The position numbers and the translations under genes were made by a program. 64,000 nt of DNA, taken from positions 2,752,001-2,816,000 of the forward strand of contig OZ240241.1 of the NCBI GenBank assembly GCA_965198115.1, given 5' to 3'. Shown in pieces: positions 1 through 9,281 of the stretch; the stretch's first letter is position 1; the number at the start of each line of letters is the position of its first letter. The notes under the pieces are model-generated. The model worked only from the letters and a program-made list of their open reading frames with translations. It did not search any database and was not told the origin of the DNA. The stretch comes from Candidatus Latescibacterota bacterium (GTDB taxonomy: Bacteria > Latescibacterota > UBA2968).

Positions 1-1
1 G

Positions 2-130
2 GACTTCCGGGTCCGCTACTCGCGCTCTCTCACCGACTGGATAGTCGTCGATGAGGGGGCACGGCTCGACTACAGGTACGCGGCGGGCGGCGTTGTGTTC
101 TTCTCTCTAGGGGTCCACGTCTTCGACTGA
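2..130 (+). CDS. 3' end of a hypothetical protein entering the window (DFRVRYSRSLTDWIVVDEGARLDYRYAAGGVVFFSLGVHVFD*)
   Basis: Open frame 2 from the window edge to TGA at 128-130; alternating hydrophobic pattern and near-terminal Phe resemble a beta-barrel C-terminus (weak). Confidence 0.35.
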   Translation, partial: DFRVRYSRSLTDWIVVDEGARLDYRYAAGGVVFFSLGVHVFD

Positions 131-601
131 CCACACCCCGATCCTGGGTAGGCACCCTCTAGTGGGCCCTGGAGCCCGAGCATCCGACCCGTCCGGCTCG
201 TCCAACCAAGCGGTCCGCCGCGAGACCGCCCGGACCGGGCGGGCCATCCGTCAGGCGGGGCACCCGGGTGCTCGGGGAGTATGGCGACCGACAGGCCTGC
301 CTCAAGCGGATCGTCGAGTTGAAGGACCTCCACCGATTCTCGAGCGCCGGAACGATGATCGACGGCCTCAACGGCACGGCGCACGAGACGGCTCCCTGGA
401 GGCGGATCTTGAACGCGGATCGGCGAGGGTGGGTGCTGATCGGCGAGTGCACATCAGACATGTGGAATCCACCGTCGTTCAGGAGTTCCAGATAGGTTCA
501 TAACATCCTGTAATTGCAACGCTTTAGGCCGTACATCCCGCGTCTCGACCCGCCAGCGCCGTCCCTTGTAATCCACTGCCATTCCCCGTTATGATTGGGG
601 A

Positions 602-930
602 ATGGATAATGTGATGACTCCGCCCGCCGTGCGCTGGAAAACCAAGCCGAAGGGCCGCCATCCCCACAAGGCGCTGTCGGCCGCCTTCGTGCGCACCGCC
701 CCGGTCGGCCGACACTGCGACGGCAACGGCCTGTACCTCTACGTACAGCGCACCGGAACGCGAAGCTGGATTCAGCGGCTCGTGATCCGGGGCCGCAAGC
801 GCGAGATCGGACTCGGCAGCGTCGCCCTAGTCTCGCTGGCCGAGGCCCGCGAGCAGGCGCTGGCCAACCGCAAGCTCGCACGCGCGGGCGGCGACCCGCT
901 CGCCGAGAAGCGCCGTTCCGTGGGCATACC
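602..930 (+). pseudogene. Truncated P4-like tyrosine integrase (Arm DNA-binding domain only)
   Basis: GRHCDGNGLYLYV..GTRSWIQR..GRKREIGLG..VSLAEAREQA..GGDPL is the integrase arm-binding domain; homology stops at GIP (about 930) and the catalytic domain is absent. Confidence 0.85.
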
Positions 931-1125
931 CGGTCTGCCACTGCCTCCAGACCCAACGGGATCAACGCCTGGATCACCGACAAACGCGTCTCCAAATCGA
1001 TGACATCGCCCTCAACCTTGACTTCACCATCGCCTACAAATAGCTTCTCCATCTGGGCTCCTTTCTTACGGGTATACGCTCCTACACGTCTACCCAACGT
1101 AAGTTTGGAGCCCTCTAAGTTTCAC
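930..1125 (-). mobile_element. 5' fragment of an IS256-family element (different from the two full IS256 copies)
   Basis: Minus-strand MEKLF...IDLETRLSVIQALIPLGLEAVAD resembles the N-terminus of IS256/mutator transposases; cut by IS1182 on one side and fused to the integrase on the other. Confidence 0.55.
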
Positions 1126-1129
1126 CTAG

Positions 1130-2511
1130 GAGCCTGTCGGGTTACACACCCGGAAGCTCGTTGAGATTAAGTCCAGCTGAGTCTGTCAGCGACCGGTTAC
1201 CTTCGTTTTTTCCTTGAGCCGAGTTCCTCTTCGGGATCAGGTAGCCAATGAGAGTCGATAGAGTTTCAGAAGGTTGTGTGTGAGACAGATCAGGTTCCAT
1301 TCTCTGATGACTTTGTGGATTCGGCGGAATGAGAATCGGGTGAAGTTCCGAACGGATTTGATCTGTCCAAACACGGGTTCGATGATCTGTTTTCTTTTCC
1401 AGTAGGTGCAGCGACCTTTCTGTGTGAGAAGCTTTCTCGCCATTTTGTCTTTCGTCGTTGCGCCCTTGGGGATCCGTCCCCTGGGGCAGGTCGCGATGGG
1501 CGTTCCATGTTTCTGTTTTGTCGTCGCCACATAGAGGTCGACGCCATCTGATTGAACCTGATCGACCTGACTTTGGTTGAAGTATCCGGTGTCGGCAGTG
1601 AGGTGCTTGGGTGTCGTGCCGCCCATATTCGCTCTGATCTGGTTGACCATAGGTGTCATCTGGTTCTTGTCATCAGCTTCTTGGGTGACGTCGGCAGCAA
1701 CGACAATCTGGGCCTTGTCATCCACAGCAGCTTGGCAGTTGTAGGCTTGAAGGAATTGGCCCCCTGAGACCATGATCCGTGAGTCGGGATCGGTGAAGTT
1801 CAGTTGTTCCTTTCAGTCGGGCTCTTTCGATGGAGGCTTGGGCTTACGTCCACGACCGCCGCGGCGCTCCCGGGCCTTTACCTTCTCTTCATACGCTGCC
1901 TGCTTCTCAGGAAACTCAGCCTCCGCTTCGGCTTCGATCTCGGCTATTGCGTCGCGGATTACTTTGAGTCGAGTCTCCCGGTGCTGCAACTCCTCGGGCA
2001 ACTCGTCGCCGCGGTTGTCCTTTCCGTAGAGTTCGTCTTCGGCCGCGTCAGTGGCTTCGGCCTCGGTCAAGAGTCTGCGCACTTCGGCCTCGATCTCGGC
2101 TTCTTTCTTCTTCATCCGGCCGTAGCTCATCGCTTTGTGTTTTGAGGCATTTGCTTTGACTTTCGTGCCATCCAACGCCACGTGTCCCAGCTTCACCAGA
2201 CCTGCCTTCACGCAGAGACACAGCACTTGCCTGAACAGACCTGAGAGGGCATCCAGATGCCGTTGACGAAAGGTCGATATCGTGTCGTGATCAGGATGCT
2301 GATCCAGGCTGAGCACACGGAAAGCAACCGAGTCATAGGTCGCACGCTCGATCTTGCGGGAACTCCTGATGCCTTCACAGTAACCATACAGCAGTAGGCT
2401 CACCATCATCCGGGGATCATACGGTGGCTGGCCACCTTGAGACCCATCGTAGGTCTCGTAGATCGCGGACAAATCAAGTTGTCCGACGATATCCAGAATG
2501 AAGTAGGTCAC
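1130..2511 (-). mobile_element. IS1182-family element, 5'-deleted; transposase has an in-frame stop
   Basis: GQPPYDPRMMVSLLLYGY..SSRKIE, LDGTKVKANAS, TDPDSRIM, ADTGY, RKQIIEPVFGQIK motifs; ORFs 2511-1813 and 1773-1237 are in the same frame, separated by TGA at 1813-1815; end ...ACAGGCTC at 1130 abuts CTAG (1126-1129); left end and first codons missing. Confidence 0.9.
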
Positions 2512-2999
2512 TCGGGACGCCGTCCCATCTCTCCGTCCATAAGAAACAGGCCGTCGCCGCTGTCCCCCAGGAGCTTAAGCTTTCCTACTGCTTCATTTGT
2601 CAGCGTCTCCTCTTTTACCTGCGCTTCCACAAACCACTGCAAAAAGACATGGCTAGCGTGATCCCGGTGCTGGATGCTGATCTCCACCAGCCTGTTGATT
2701 TGGGCGGAAGCCTTCATCTCGTGTAAGTGTGCGATCTCGAATGCCTCCAGCGGTTCGTCCCACTTCACATCAGGAGCGTCTAACTCGCTCAGCTCCACCG
2801 TGCCTTGCCGTTCGATAATAAAATCGAAGATCTTCATGGCGTGCACCTGCTCCTGCTTAGCCTGCACCCGCGCCCAGTGGGCAAACCCGCGCAACCCCAT
2901 CAGTCTGAACTTCGCAGACATGGCCAGGTAGTTGTATGTCGTGAAGAATTCTGCATTCAGCTGCCTGTTGAACTCGTTCTGAATAGTTTCGTTGATCAT
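2508..2999 (-). CDS. ftnA: Non-heme ferritin (FtnA-like)
   Basis: ATG 2999 with GAGGA RBS; NAE17..Y24LAM..E50QVH53AMK..HE94..FLQWFV..Q127..E130 ferroxidase layout, 163 aa. Confidence 0.9.
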   Translation of the reverse strand: MINETIQNEFNRQLNAEFFTTYNYLAMSAKFRLMGLRGFAHWARVQAKQEQVHAMKIFDFIIERQGTVELSELDAPDVKWDEPLEAFEIAHLHEMKASAQINRLVEISIQHRDHASHVFLQWFVEAQVKEETLTNEAVGKLKLLGDSGDGLFLMDGEMGRRPE

Positions 3000-3315
3000 T
3001 TGAGAATCCTCAGCGAAGGAGGCACGAATGGATATACATCTCTCATTGAGAAAGGGAGCAAAACCGGGAATCGTGACGCTTCGGCCATAGTCCAGATCCA
3101 CTCCTTCAATTCGGGGCGGCCTCACCGGGCCCTCGCAAAATTAAAGGAGTGGGGGCACAATTGTTAGCTAAACAGCTGCTGCTTGCAGGGGCCACCAGCC
3201 TGCGTTTCAGCGAACATTCATTTGAGTGTATGAAGCGGTGTGCAACATTATCCAGCCTCACTTACACACACACCCCATAAACATTCAGTTATCTTACATA
3301 TTATATAATTATTGC

Positions 3316-3344
3316 TTGCCATTGACTTGACTGCTCGATAAATT
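3316..3344 (+). promoter_or_regulatory. Putative sigma-70 promoter TTGCCA-N17-TAAATT preceded by an AT-rich tract
   Basis: Hexamers at 3316-3321 and 3339-3344 with 17-nt spacing in the most AT-rich part of the region; predicted start about 3351. Confidence 0.4.
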
Positions 3345-3770
3345 TTGATCGAAATGAGGACAACCTCACGGCAAGCCGCCCAAGAGGTCTCTCGCATTGA
3401 AGTGTACTTCTTTCCGCGTCAACGGAAGATACACTCCGTGAAGGCAGCCAGGAATGAAGTGACTTCAACCGAGTTTAGATGGAATCCGTCAGACCGCGGG
3501 CGTGAGTTGCGGGCCGAACGCCAAATGAAAGGAGGGACCTTGCCACCTGGCTTTTTCTCAGTGCCAATCAAGGATGCGCCGAGACCCTCAAAGATTGGCG
3601 CTAAAGAATCCTCGCCTCAATTGGGCGAAGCAGTTTAAGGTTCGATCTCGGCATCGGCGCGAGTCCATCGTTCGGATCATCAGATGGAACGTGGGTTTGA
3701 TATCGAACGATGCAAGTAGGACAATCGGGTATGAGAAATCGGACCCGATCGGCTGTACGCAGGTTTATAG

Positions 3771-3993
3771 GACCGGTTCGTGTAGATCCCCCTTCGGCGG
3801 CTTCCTGATCGCTTTAACGTCAAACCCCAACGTTTCCCCTGGTCAGATGCCGCTGCACGATCTGGCAGCAAGATGGATTGGCTATGACCGGTTCGTGTAC
3901 ACCTTCGGCGGCATATCCGATCGCTTCAAACGTAAACCCCAACGTTTCCCCTGGTCGGATACCGCGGCACGATCTGGTAGCAAGATCAGATTG
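3771..3993 (+). repeat. Imperfect tandem repeat, two units with 115-nt period, each folding as a long hairpin
   Basis: GACCGGTTCGTGTA at 3771 and 3886; shared core AAACCCCAACGTTTCCCCTGGTC and GCACGATCTGG.AGCAAGAT. Confidence 0.9.
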
Positions 3994-4083
3994 ACTTCGA
4001 ACCATCATCAGGAGTGGCCTCATTACGCTACCTCGCGACGATTAGATTCTTGTCCAGTTGAGGACCAGCGATGGAAGAAAGTC

Positions 4084-4130
4084 GAAGCCGCATTCACAGG
4101 CACGTATTGGATGCGGCTTCATTTTGTTTG
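4084..4130 (+). terminator. Intrinsic terminator-like hairpin
   Basis: GAAGCCGCATTCA / TGGATGCGGCTTC 13-bp stem followed by ATTTTGTTTG. Confidence 0.6.
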
Positions 4131-4211
4131 TCCACGGAACTTCCATACCCCGTGACGAAAACAACAGAAAGGGTTTGAATCGGGTATAACGAGAGCAGAG
4201 GGGTATGCAGA

Positions 4212-6475
4212 ATGAACGGTCGCGAATCATCTCCTTGGCAGGAAAAGGCGGTTCAAGCCTACATAGCCGATGTAGCCCGACACCCTCGCCTTTCTCGTAG
4301 CGAGGAAAGCCTTCTTAAAGACCGGCTGCAATCCGGAGATCCGGCAGCCCGCCGGCGTCTGATCGAAGCCAACCTGAGATTCGTCATTGCAGTGGCCCAG
4401 CAGTATGCCAACCGAGGGATGCAGTTCTCCGATCTCATTAGCGCGGGAAACCTGGGCTTGATAGCCGCGGCCGGAAGATTCGATCCAAAAAGAGGATTCC
4501 GGTTTATCTCGTACGCCGTCTGGTGGATCAGGCAGGCGATTCGCGAGGCCATTCGCAATGGGGGGCAAACGATCAGACTGCCGGCCAGCCGAATCGATCT
4601 GCTACATCACATTGCGAGGTGGAGTTCAGGTCAATAGGTGTGTAAAAGAAATCAGGCGGCCATCTTCCCGGCTTCGACCTGCGGTCCGGTTGAGTGTTTC
4701 TGATCGTAGACTTGTTGTAGCAAGTGTGGCGCGGTGAGTTTCCTGAATCGGCTCTCTGCGACCTTGAGCGTACGCCAGATGAGAGTCGTGGCGTTCCTGA
4801 CTTTCTTGAATCGCCTGGCGGCGTTTGTGCGAAGCCGAACGGAAGCAAAGGGGCTCTCGACGACGTTCGTGGTTCTCAGGTGTTTCCAGTGTTCCTTCGG
4901 GAAGTCGTAGAACGTGACCATCCGATCCCAGTCTCTTTCGAGCGTCTCCACGGCGGCAGGGAACTGTGAGCGATACCGTGCGGCAAAGCGTTTCCGGAGC
5001 TTCTCGGCCTCCTTTTTCGTGCCGGCATAGGGGATCTGGACGAGCAGTGCGCGGGCTTCAGCCTGTGCACGCTTGGCGACCTTGTCGAGCACGTTGAGGA
5101 TCTTGTGGTTCCAGCACCGTTGTTGCCGGCTCTCTGGCCAGACCTGATCAACGGCCGCCCAGATGCCCATATTCCCGTCCGCGGCGATCAGGACAGGATG
5201 TTCGAGCCCGCGATCCCGGAGATCCCGGAGCACCGTGAGCCAGGATTCTGTAGACTCTCGATAACCGGGTTCTATCGCCAGGATCTCCTTGCTGCCGTCG
5301 CTCATCGCGCCGATCACGACCAGCAGACACGCCTTCTCGCGCTCGAGCCCGGCTTTGACGTAGATGCCATCAGCCCAGGCGTAGACCAGTTCGCGATTAT
5401 CCAGACGCCTTTCTTTCCAGTCCTGGAAGTCGACCTCCCACTTCCCTCGAAGACGAGCGATCGAGGTCGGCGAAAGCGGCGCGCCATCACCGAGCAGCGC
5501 ACGCAAAGACAACTCGAAGTCGCCCTGGGAGAGACCGTGGAGATAAAGGTCGGGAAGCAGATCTCCAATGGCCCTGGTTCTCCGGGCGAACAGGGGGAGG
5601 ATGCGGCTTTCAAACCGCTCTTCCAGACCACGAACCCGGGGACGCCGGACCTTGATCGTTCCGCAGCTCGTCGAGAGACGCCGGGGCTTGCCGTAGCCGT
5701 TCCTGTAGCCCGTGGAGCTATCGACCTCGGCTCGGCGCTCATACCACGACCGGCCCAAGAACGCGGTCGCCTCCTCCTCCAGAATGGACTGGAACCGGCC
5801 CTGGATCTCTTCACGGATCCAATCGTCAACCGTCTCCCACGTCGGCATGGACTTCAATGGGGCTCTATGCGTATGTTCCTTCACGGCGATCCTCCTTCCC
5901 AACCGGGCCTCTCACCCGGTTTTGTGTGAATCAACTATCTCACGGGAAGGGTAGGGTCGCCCTTTCTCTTTTTCCACACCTTTTGATTATAGCTCGCGAG
6001 GTGTACTGAGGATCTTGTTCAGTTCTATCAAGGCGGGGGGCACGAAGGTTTTGCTCCGACCCACGAGGAGGTCGCAGATAAATGTGGAATAACCACGGAG
6101 CACTTTGAAGAGACGCTAGCCATGGGGCAAGGTGTATTCTCCTTGAATTACCGACCCGACGGTAGTGAAGGAAAGGAGTTGATAGACATTCTTGCCGATC
6201 CGAATCAAGACCTCCCTGATCAGGTCATGTCCGTCGAAGCCCGGAGGCAGGACATCGAAGAAGCACTGTGCGGTCTCGACGATCGGGAAGGTAAGGTCAT
6301 TAGGCTTCACTTCGGACTGGAGGATGGATCGTCCAGAACTTTGGCAGAGATCGGTTCGATTTTCGGTCTGTCTCGTGAGAGGATCCGCCAAATCAAAACC
6401 GAAGCGTTGAGAAAACTGCGAAACCCAAGTCGAGGCGCCAAGCTGTTTGTGCACTACGCCGAAGCGATAAATTGA
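4212..6475 (+). pseudogene. RpoD/SigA/RpoS-family sigma-70 factor interrupted by IS256
   Basis: Region 2 LIEANLRFV..DLISAGNLGL..FDPKRGFRFISYAVWWIRQ (4212-4621) and region 4 TLAEIGSIFGLSRERIRQI (6004-6475); removing the IS and one TSD restores one frame of 293 aa. Confidence 0.93.
4622..5995 (-). mobile_element. IS256-family element copy 1 (1374 bp; transposase 4652-5902)
   Basis: YRNGY, WADGIY, ADG, QRCWNHK, RTTNVVES motifs; imperfect IRs GAGTTCAGGTCAATAGGTGTG / GAGCTATAATCAAAAGGTGTG; 8-bp TSD GCGAGGTG at 4614-4621 and 5996-6003. Confidence 0.97.
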
Positions 6476-6560
6476 ACCACGGTGTGACGTGCCCACAGGA
6501 TTCCCACAGAGCTTGGGCACCTTCTCCCTTTCTGATGGTCCGTAGCTAAGGAGGTACCAG

Positions 6561-7222
6561 ATGGGGGTCATAACGATCTCAAGGCAATATGGCAGTGGCG
6601 GACTCGCCATCGGCCGTATGGTCGCCGAAATCTTGAGCTACCGATATATCAACAAGGACCTGGTGATCGAAGTTGCCCGTGAAGCGGAAATACCACTGTC
6701 TGACATAGAGCGATTTGACGAGTGCCCTGAGTCCGCTGCCACGCGTCTAGTGAAGAAGCTCCTTCTTTCACCCTACCCTTCGAATTTTACAGGGGAATCG
6801 ATCGAGGAGCCGTTTCAGTACGCCTTTCGCGATGGCTTTGGATCGACGATCCTCGTGTATCCCTGGCTGACGAGGATGATTTCGTTCGGCTGACCCAGCA
6901 AGTAATGATCAGGATGGCAAATCAGAATAAGATTGTACTTATAGGGCGTGGGGGTCAGGCCCTGTTATCGGGTCGATCAGATACGTTACACGTAAGAATC
7001 TTTGCCCCATTTGAGCATCGCGTTGAAGCTGCCATGGCCGATGACGATATTTGCAAGGAAGATGCTGAGTGCCTCATACGAAAGCTTGACGGAAATAGAG
7101 AACGATATCTCAAGCGGCACTACGCAATCGATTGGAAGGACCCACGACACTACCACATGACCGTCAACACAGGCCTCGTAGATATAGCAAAGGCTGCGCA
7201 GATGATCGTTTGTGCGGCCTAG
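6561..7222 (+). pseudogene. Cytidylate kinase-like family protein, one frameshift (about 6780-6850)
   Basis: VITISRQYGSGG P-loop variant; second frame VLIGRGG..LHVRIFAP..DWKDPRHYHMTVNT; AGGAGG RBS. Confidence 0.85.
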
Positions 7223-7649
7223 TCTCTGGCCGTCAAACCGAAAAACGACCATCGGACGAGATACCCCACTGCGAGTTCGGAGAAAAACACCAAGGGTTCC
7301 ATCCCAGTCGCCAGCTGGGTGGCGATCTTCGTTCCTGGGATGGGTCTGGAGAAGGTCGGTGCATCAGCCTGGTCATCTCCGATAGGAGAACCACGCGTCA
7401 GCGATCGCGTATGGCCTCTTCGAGCGGATGGTCGATGCTGGGGGTCGCTCGAAGCGCCCGACGTTCCGGCTCGGCCATTCCGTAGAACATCTGTACTTCA
7501 CACGCGTGAGATGGAAGCCCCATAGCTTCGACGAGCACGAGCGCGTGTGACAGCGAGCGCAGGCTATGACTGGTGAAGGCGGGTGAGAGCTGTTCAATGG
7601 GTAACTGAAGCGGTTCACTCGCTTGAGCTATTGGAATAGTAATTTAAAT

Positions 7650-9069
7650 GGCTCTATCCGGGTTTCTCAACGGTGAAACTATAGAATGACAAGGTCATAG
7701 ATCGTTCCCTACGCTTGGTTGTGTGTGTAGGACAATCAAAGCGAAGGGGGTGCGACCTATGACCGGGAGCAGATTACTATCGAAACTGCTGAGATTCAAG
7801 GGGTTCCGTGTTGTCAGCTGGTGGTTTGAGGGGAGAAGCTGTTTCGTCATCGCCGTAAAGCCACATAAGAATGGTTGTTGTTGTCCGGAGTGCGGCCGTC
7901 GAGGTAAAATCGTCCGCACAATGCCCCATCCGCGTCGGTGGCGTGACATTCCGGTGTGCGGGTGGAGGGTCTGGCTTCTCTACCATCCTCGGGAGATTCG
8001 GTGTCCTACCCACGGTCGTGTGGTCGAGGAGATTCCGTGGGCGGAGCGGTTCTCTCGGGTGACGTATCGCTTCGAGTATGCCATGCTGCGCTACTGCCAG
8101 ACCATGACGCAGAAGGCGGCGTCCGAGTTGCTGCGCATCTCTGCCTCGACGCTGTCGGATCTCCTTCACCGATCCATCACGCGGCTTCGTGAAGGTCATC
8201 GTATCCGAGGGCTCAAAACCATCGGGATCGACGAGATCTCCTACGCCAAGCGTCACAGGTACGCCACGCTCGTTTACGATCTGGACCGCTCCTGCGTGGT
8301 GTGGGTTGGCCGCGGCAGGGCGCGTAAAACGATCGATCGGTTCTTCACAGAGGCTCTCAGTCCCTACCGGAGATCCAAGATCGAGTGGGCCTGCTGCGAC
8401 ATGAGCGAAGCTTACATCGGAGCCATCCAGGAACACTGTCCGAATGCCAAGCTGGTCCTCGATCGCTTTCACATCGTCAAGGCTCTCAATGCCGCCGTTG
8501 ACGAGGTCTGTAAGGACCAGTGGCGTAAAGCTGCCCCGGATGAGCGCAAAGCCATGAAGGGCCTCCGATGGCTCCTCTACCGGCACTCAGCGACACGCTC
8601 CAGAGGGGATACTCGGACACTCAAAGCACTGGAGAAGGCGAACTACCGAATCTATAGAGCCTGGAGACTCAAGGACGAGTTCGAGCAGTTCTGGGAATAC
8701 AAAGCGCCCTGGGCTGCCGAACGCTTCCTGAAATGCTGGACGACGTCCGCACTCAGAAGTCGACTTGAACCCCTGCGAAAGTTCGTCAGGACCCTGCGAC
8801 AGCACTTCTTCGGCGTCCTCGCATTCGTGAACACGCGTCTTACCAACGCCATCGCCAAAGGCCTCAACCGAATCGTCCAAATCGTCAAGAACCGAGCCAG
8901 CGGATTCCGCACACTCGACGCATTCAACGATATGATCTTCCTTACCGTCGGAGACATAAACATCCCTGAGCAGATTCCGAAGAGGTTCCGCACACTCTAA
9001 CCGCGCCCCCATGCCAGGAACCACGGCACCTTCACCCACTTCATCTCGTTGAGAGATCCAGATATAGCC
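7650..9069 (+). mobile_element. ISL3-family element copy 1 (1420 bp; transposase to 9000)
   Basis: CPECG..CPTHG zinc finger, IGIDE, CCDM, DRFH motifs; ends GGCTCTATCCGG / CAGATATAGCC; flanks ATTTAAAT and AATTAAAT (near-TSD, 1 mismatch). Confidence 0.97.
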
Positions 9070-9144
9070 AATTAAATACATGTGTGCCTGACGGCGAGGC
9101 GGAATTATGTCTCAAACACATCGTAAACGGGTGTAGAGTTTAAA

Positions 9145-9169
9145 TTTGCGAAGCGAGCGGCTTCGCAAA
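9145..9169. other. Perfect 10-bp inverted repeat (terminator or operator)
   Basis: TTTGCGAAGC-GAGCG-GCTTCGCAAA. Confidence 0.5.
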
Positions 9170-9281
9170 CTTCATCTTGTCACGACCCCTCGATCCAGTA
9201 CCTTAGGTACCAGGATAGATCGCTCTGCGAGGAGAGCGTAGACCTCGGATCGTAAGATTCTGACGTGAGAAAGGAGTTGCT

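Larger units (their letters stand above)
3351..4130 (+). ncRNA. Putative large structured non-coding RNA or leader upstream of a sigma factor
   Basis: Consecutive hand-folded hairpins (3353-3399, 3402-3436, 3446-3552, 3561-3601, 3639-3745, 3773-3865, 3887-3978, 3995-4087, 4084-4120) with G-U pairs favouring the + strand; no credible protein ORF; promoter-like 5' end and terminator-like 3' end. Confidence 0.5.

Noticed and set aside
440-600. tRNA/att site upstream of the integrase
   Set aside because: No cloverleaf or T-arm-CCA sequence recognisable
1813-1815. Programmed read-through or selenocysteine at the in-frame TGA of IS1182
   Set aside because: No SECIS-like hairpin, non-catalytic linker position, and the element is already 5'-deleted; a nonsense mutation or base error is simpler
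3771-3993. CRISPR array, attC sites, SRP RNA or tandem glycine riboswitch (minus-strand CGCCGAAGGTGTA)
   Set aside because: Only two long units with no spacers or cas genes; no RYYYAAC/GTTRRRY ends; no SRP GGAA-loop core; the glycine aptamer CTCTCAGG element is absent and G-U pairs favour the + strand
4084-4120. Group II intron domain V
   Set aside because: Has AGC near the stem base but lacks the GNRA loop and bulge geometry; no domain VI or RT; the T-rich tail fits a terminator
3574-4155. 193-aa + strand ORF with a Kelch-like YTFGG
   Set aside because: The two repeat units are read in different frames, there is no RBS and composition is atypical; better explained as non-coding structure
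7222-7649. Possible gene remnant between the cmk-like gene and ISL3
   Set aside because: No frame gives a recognisable protein; left unannotated
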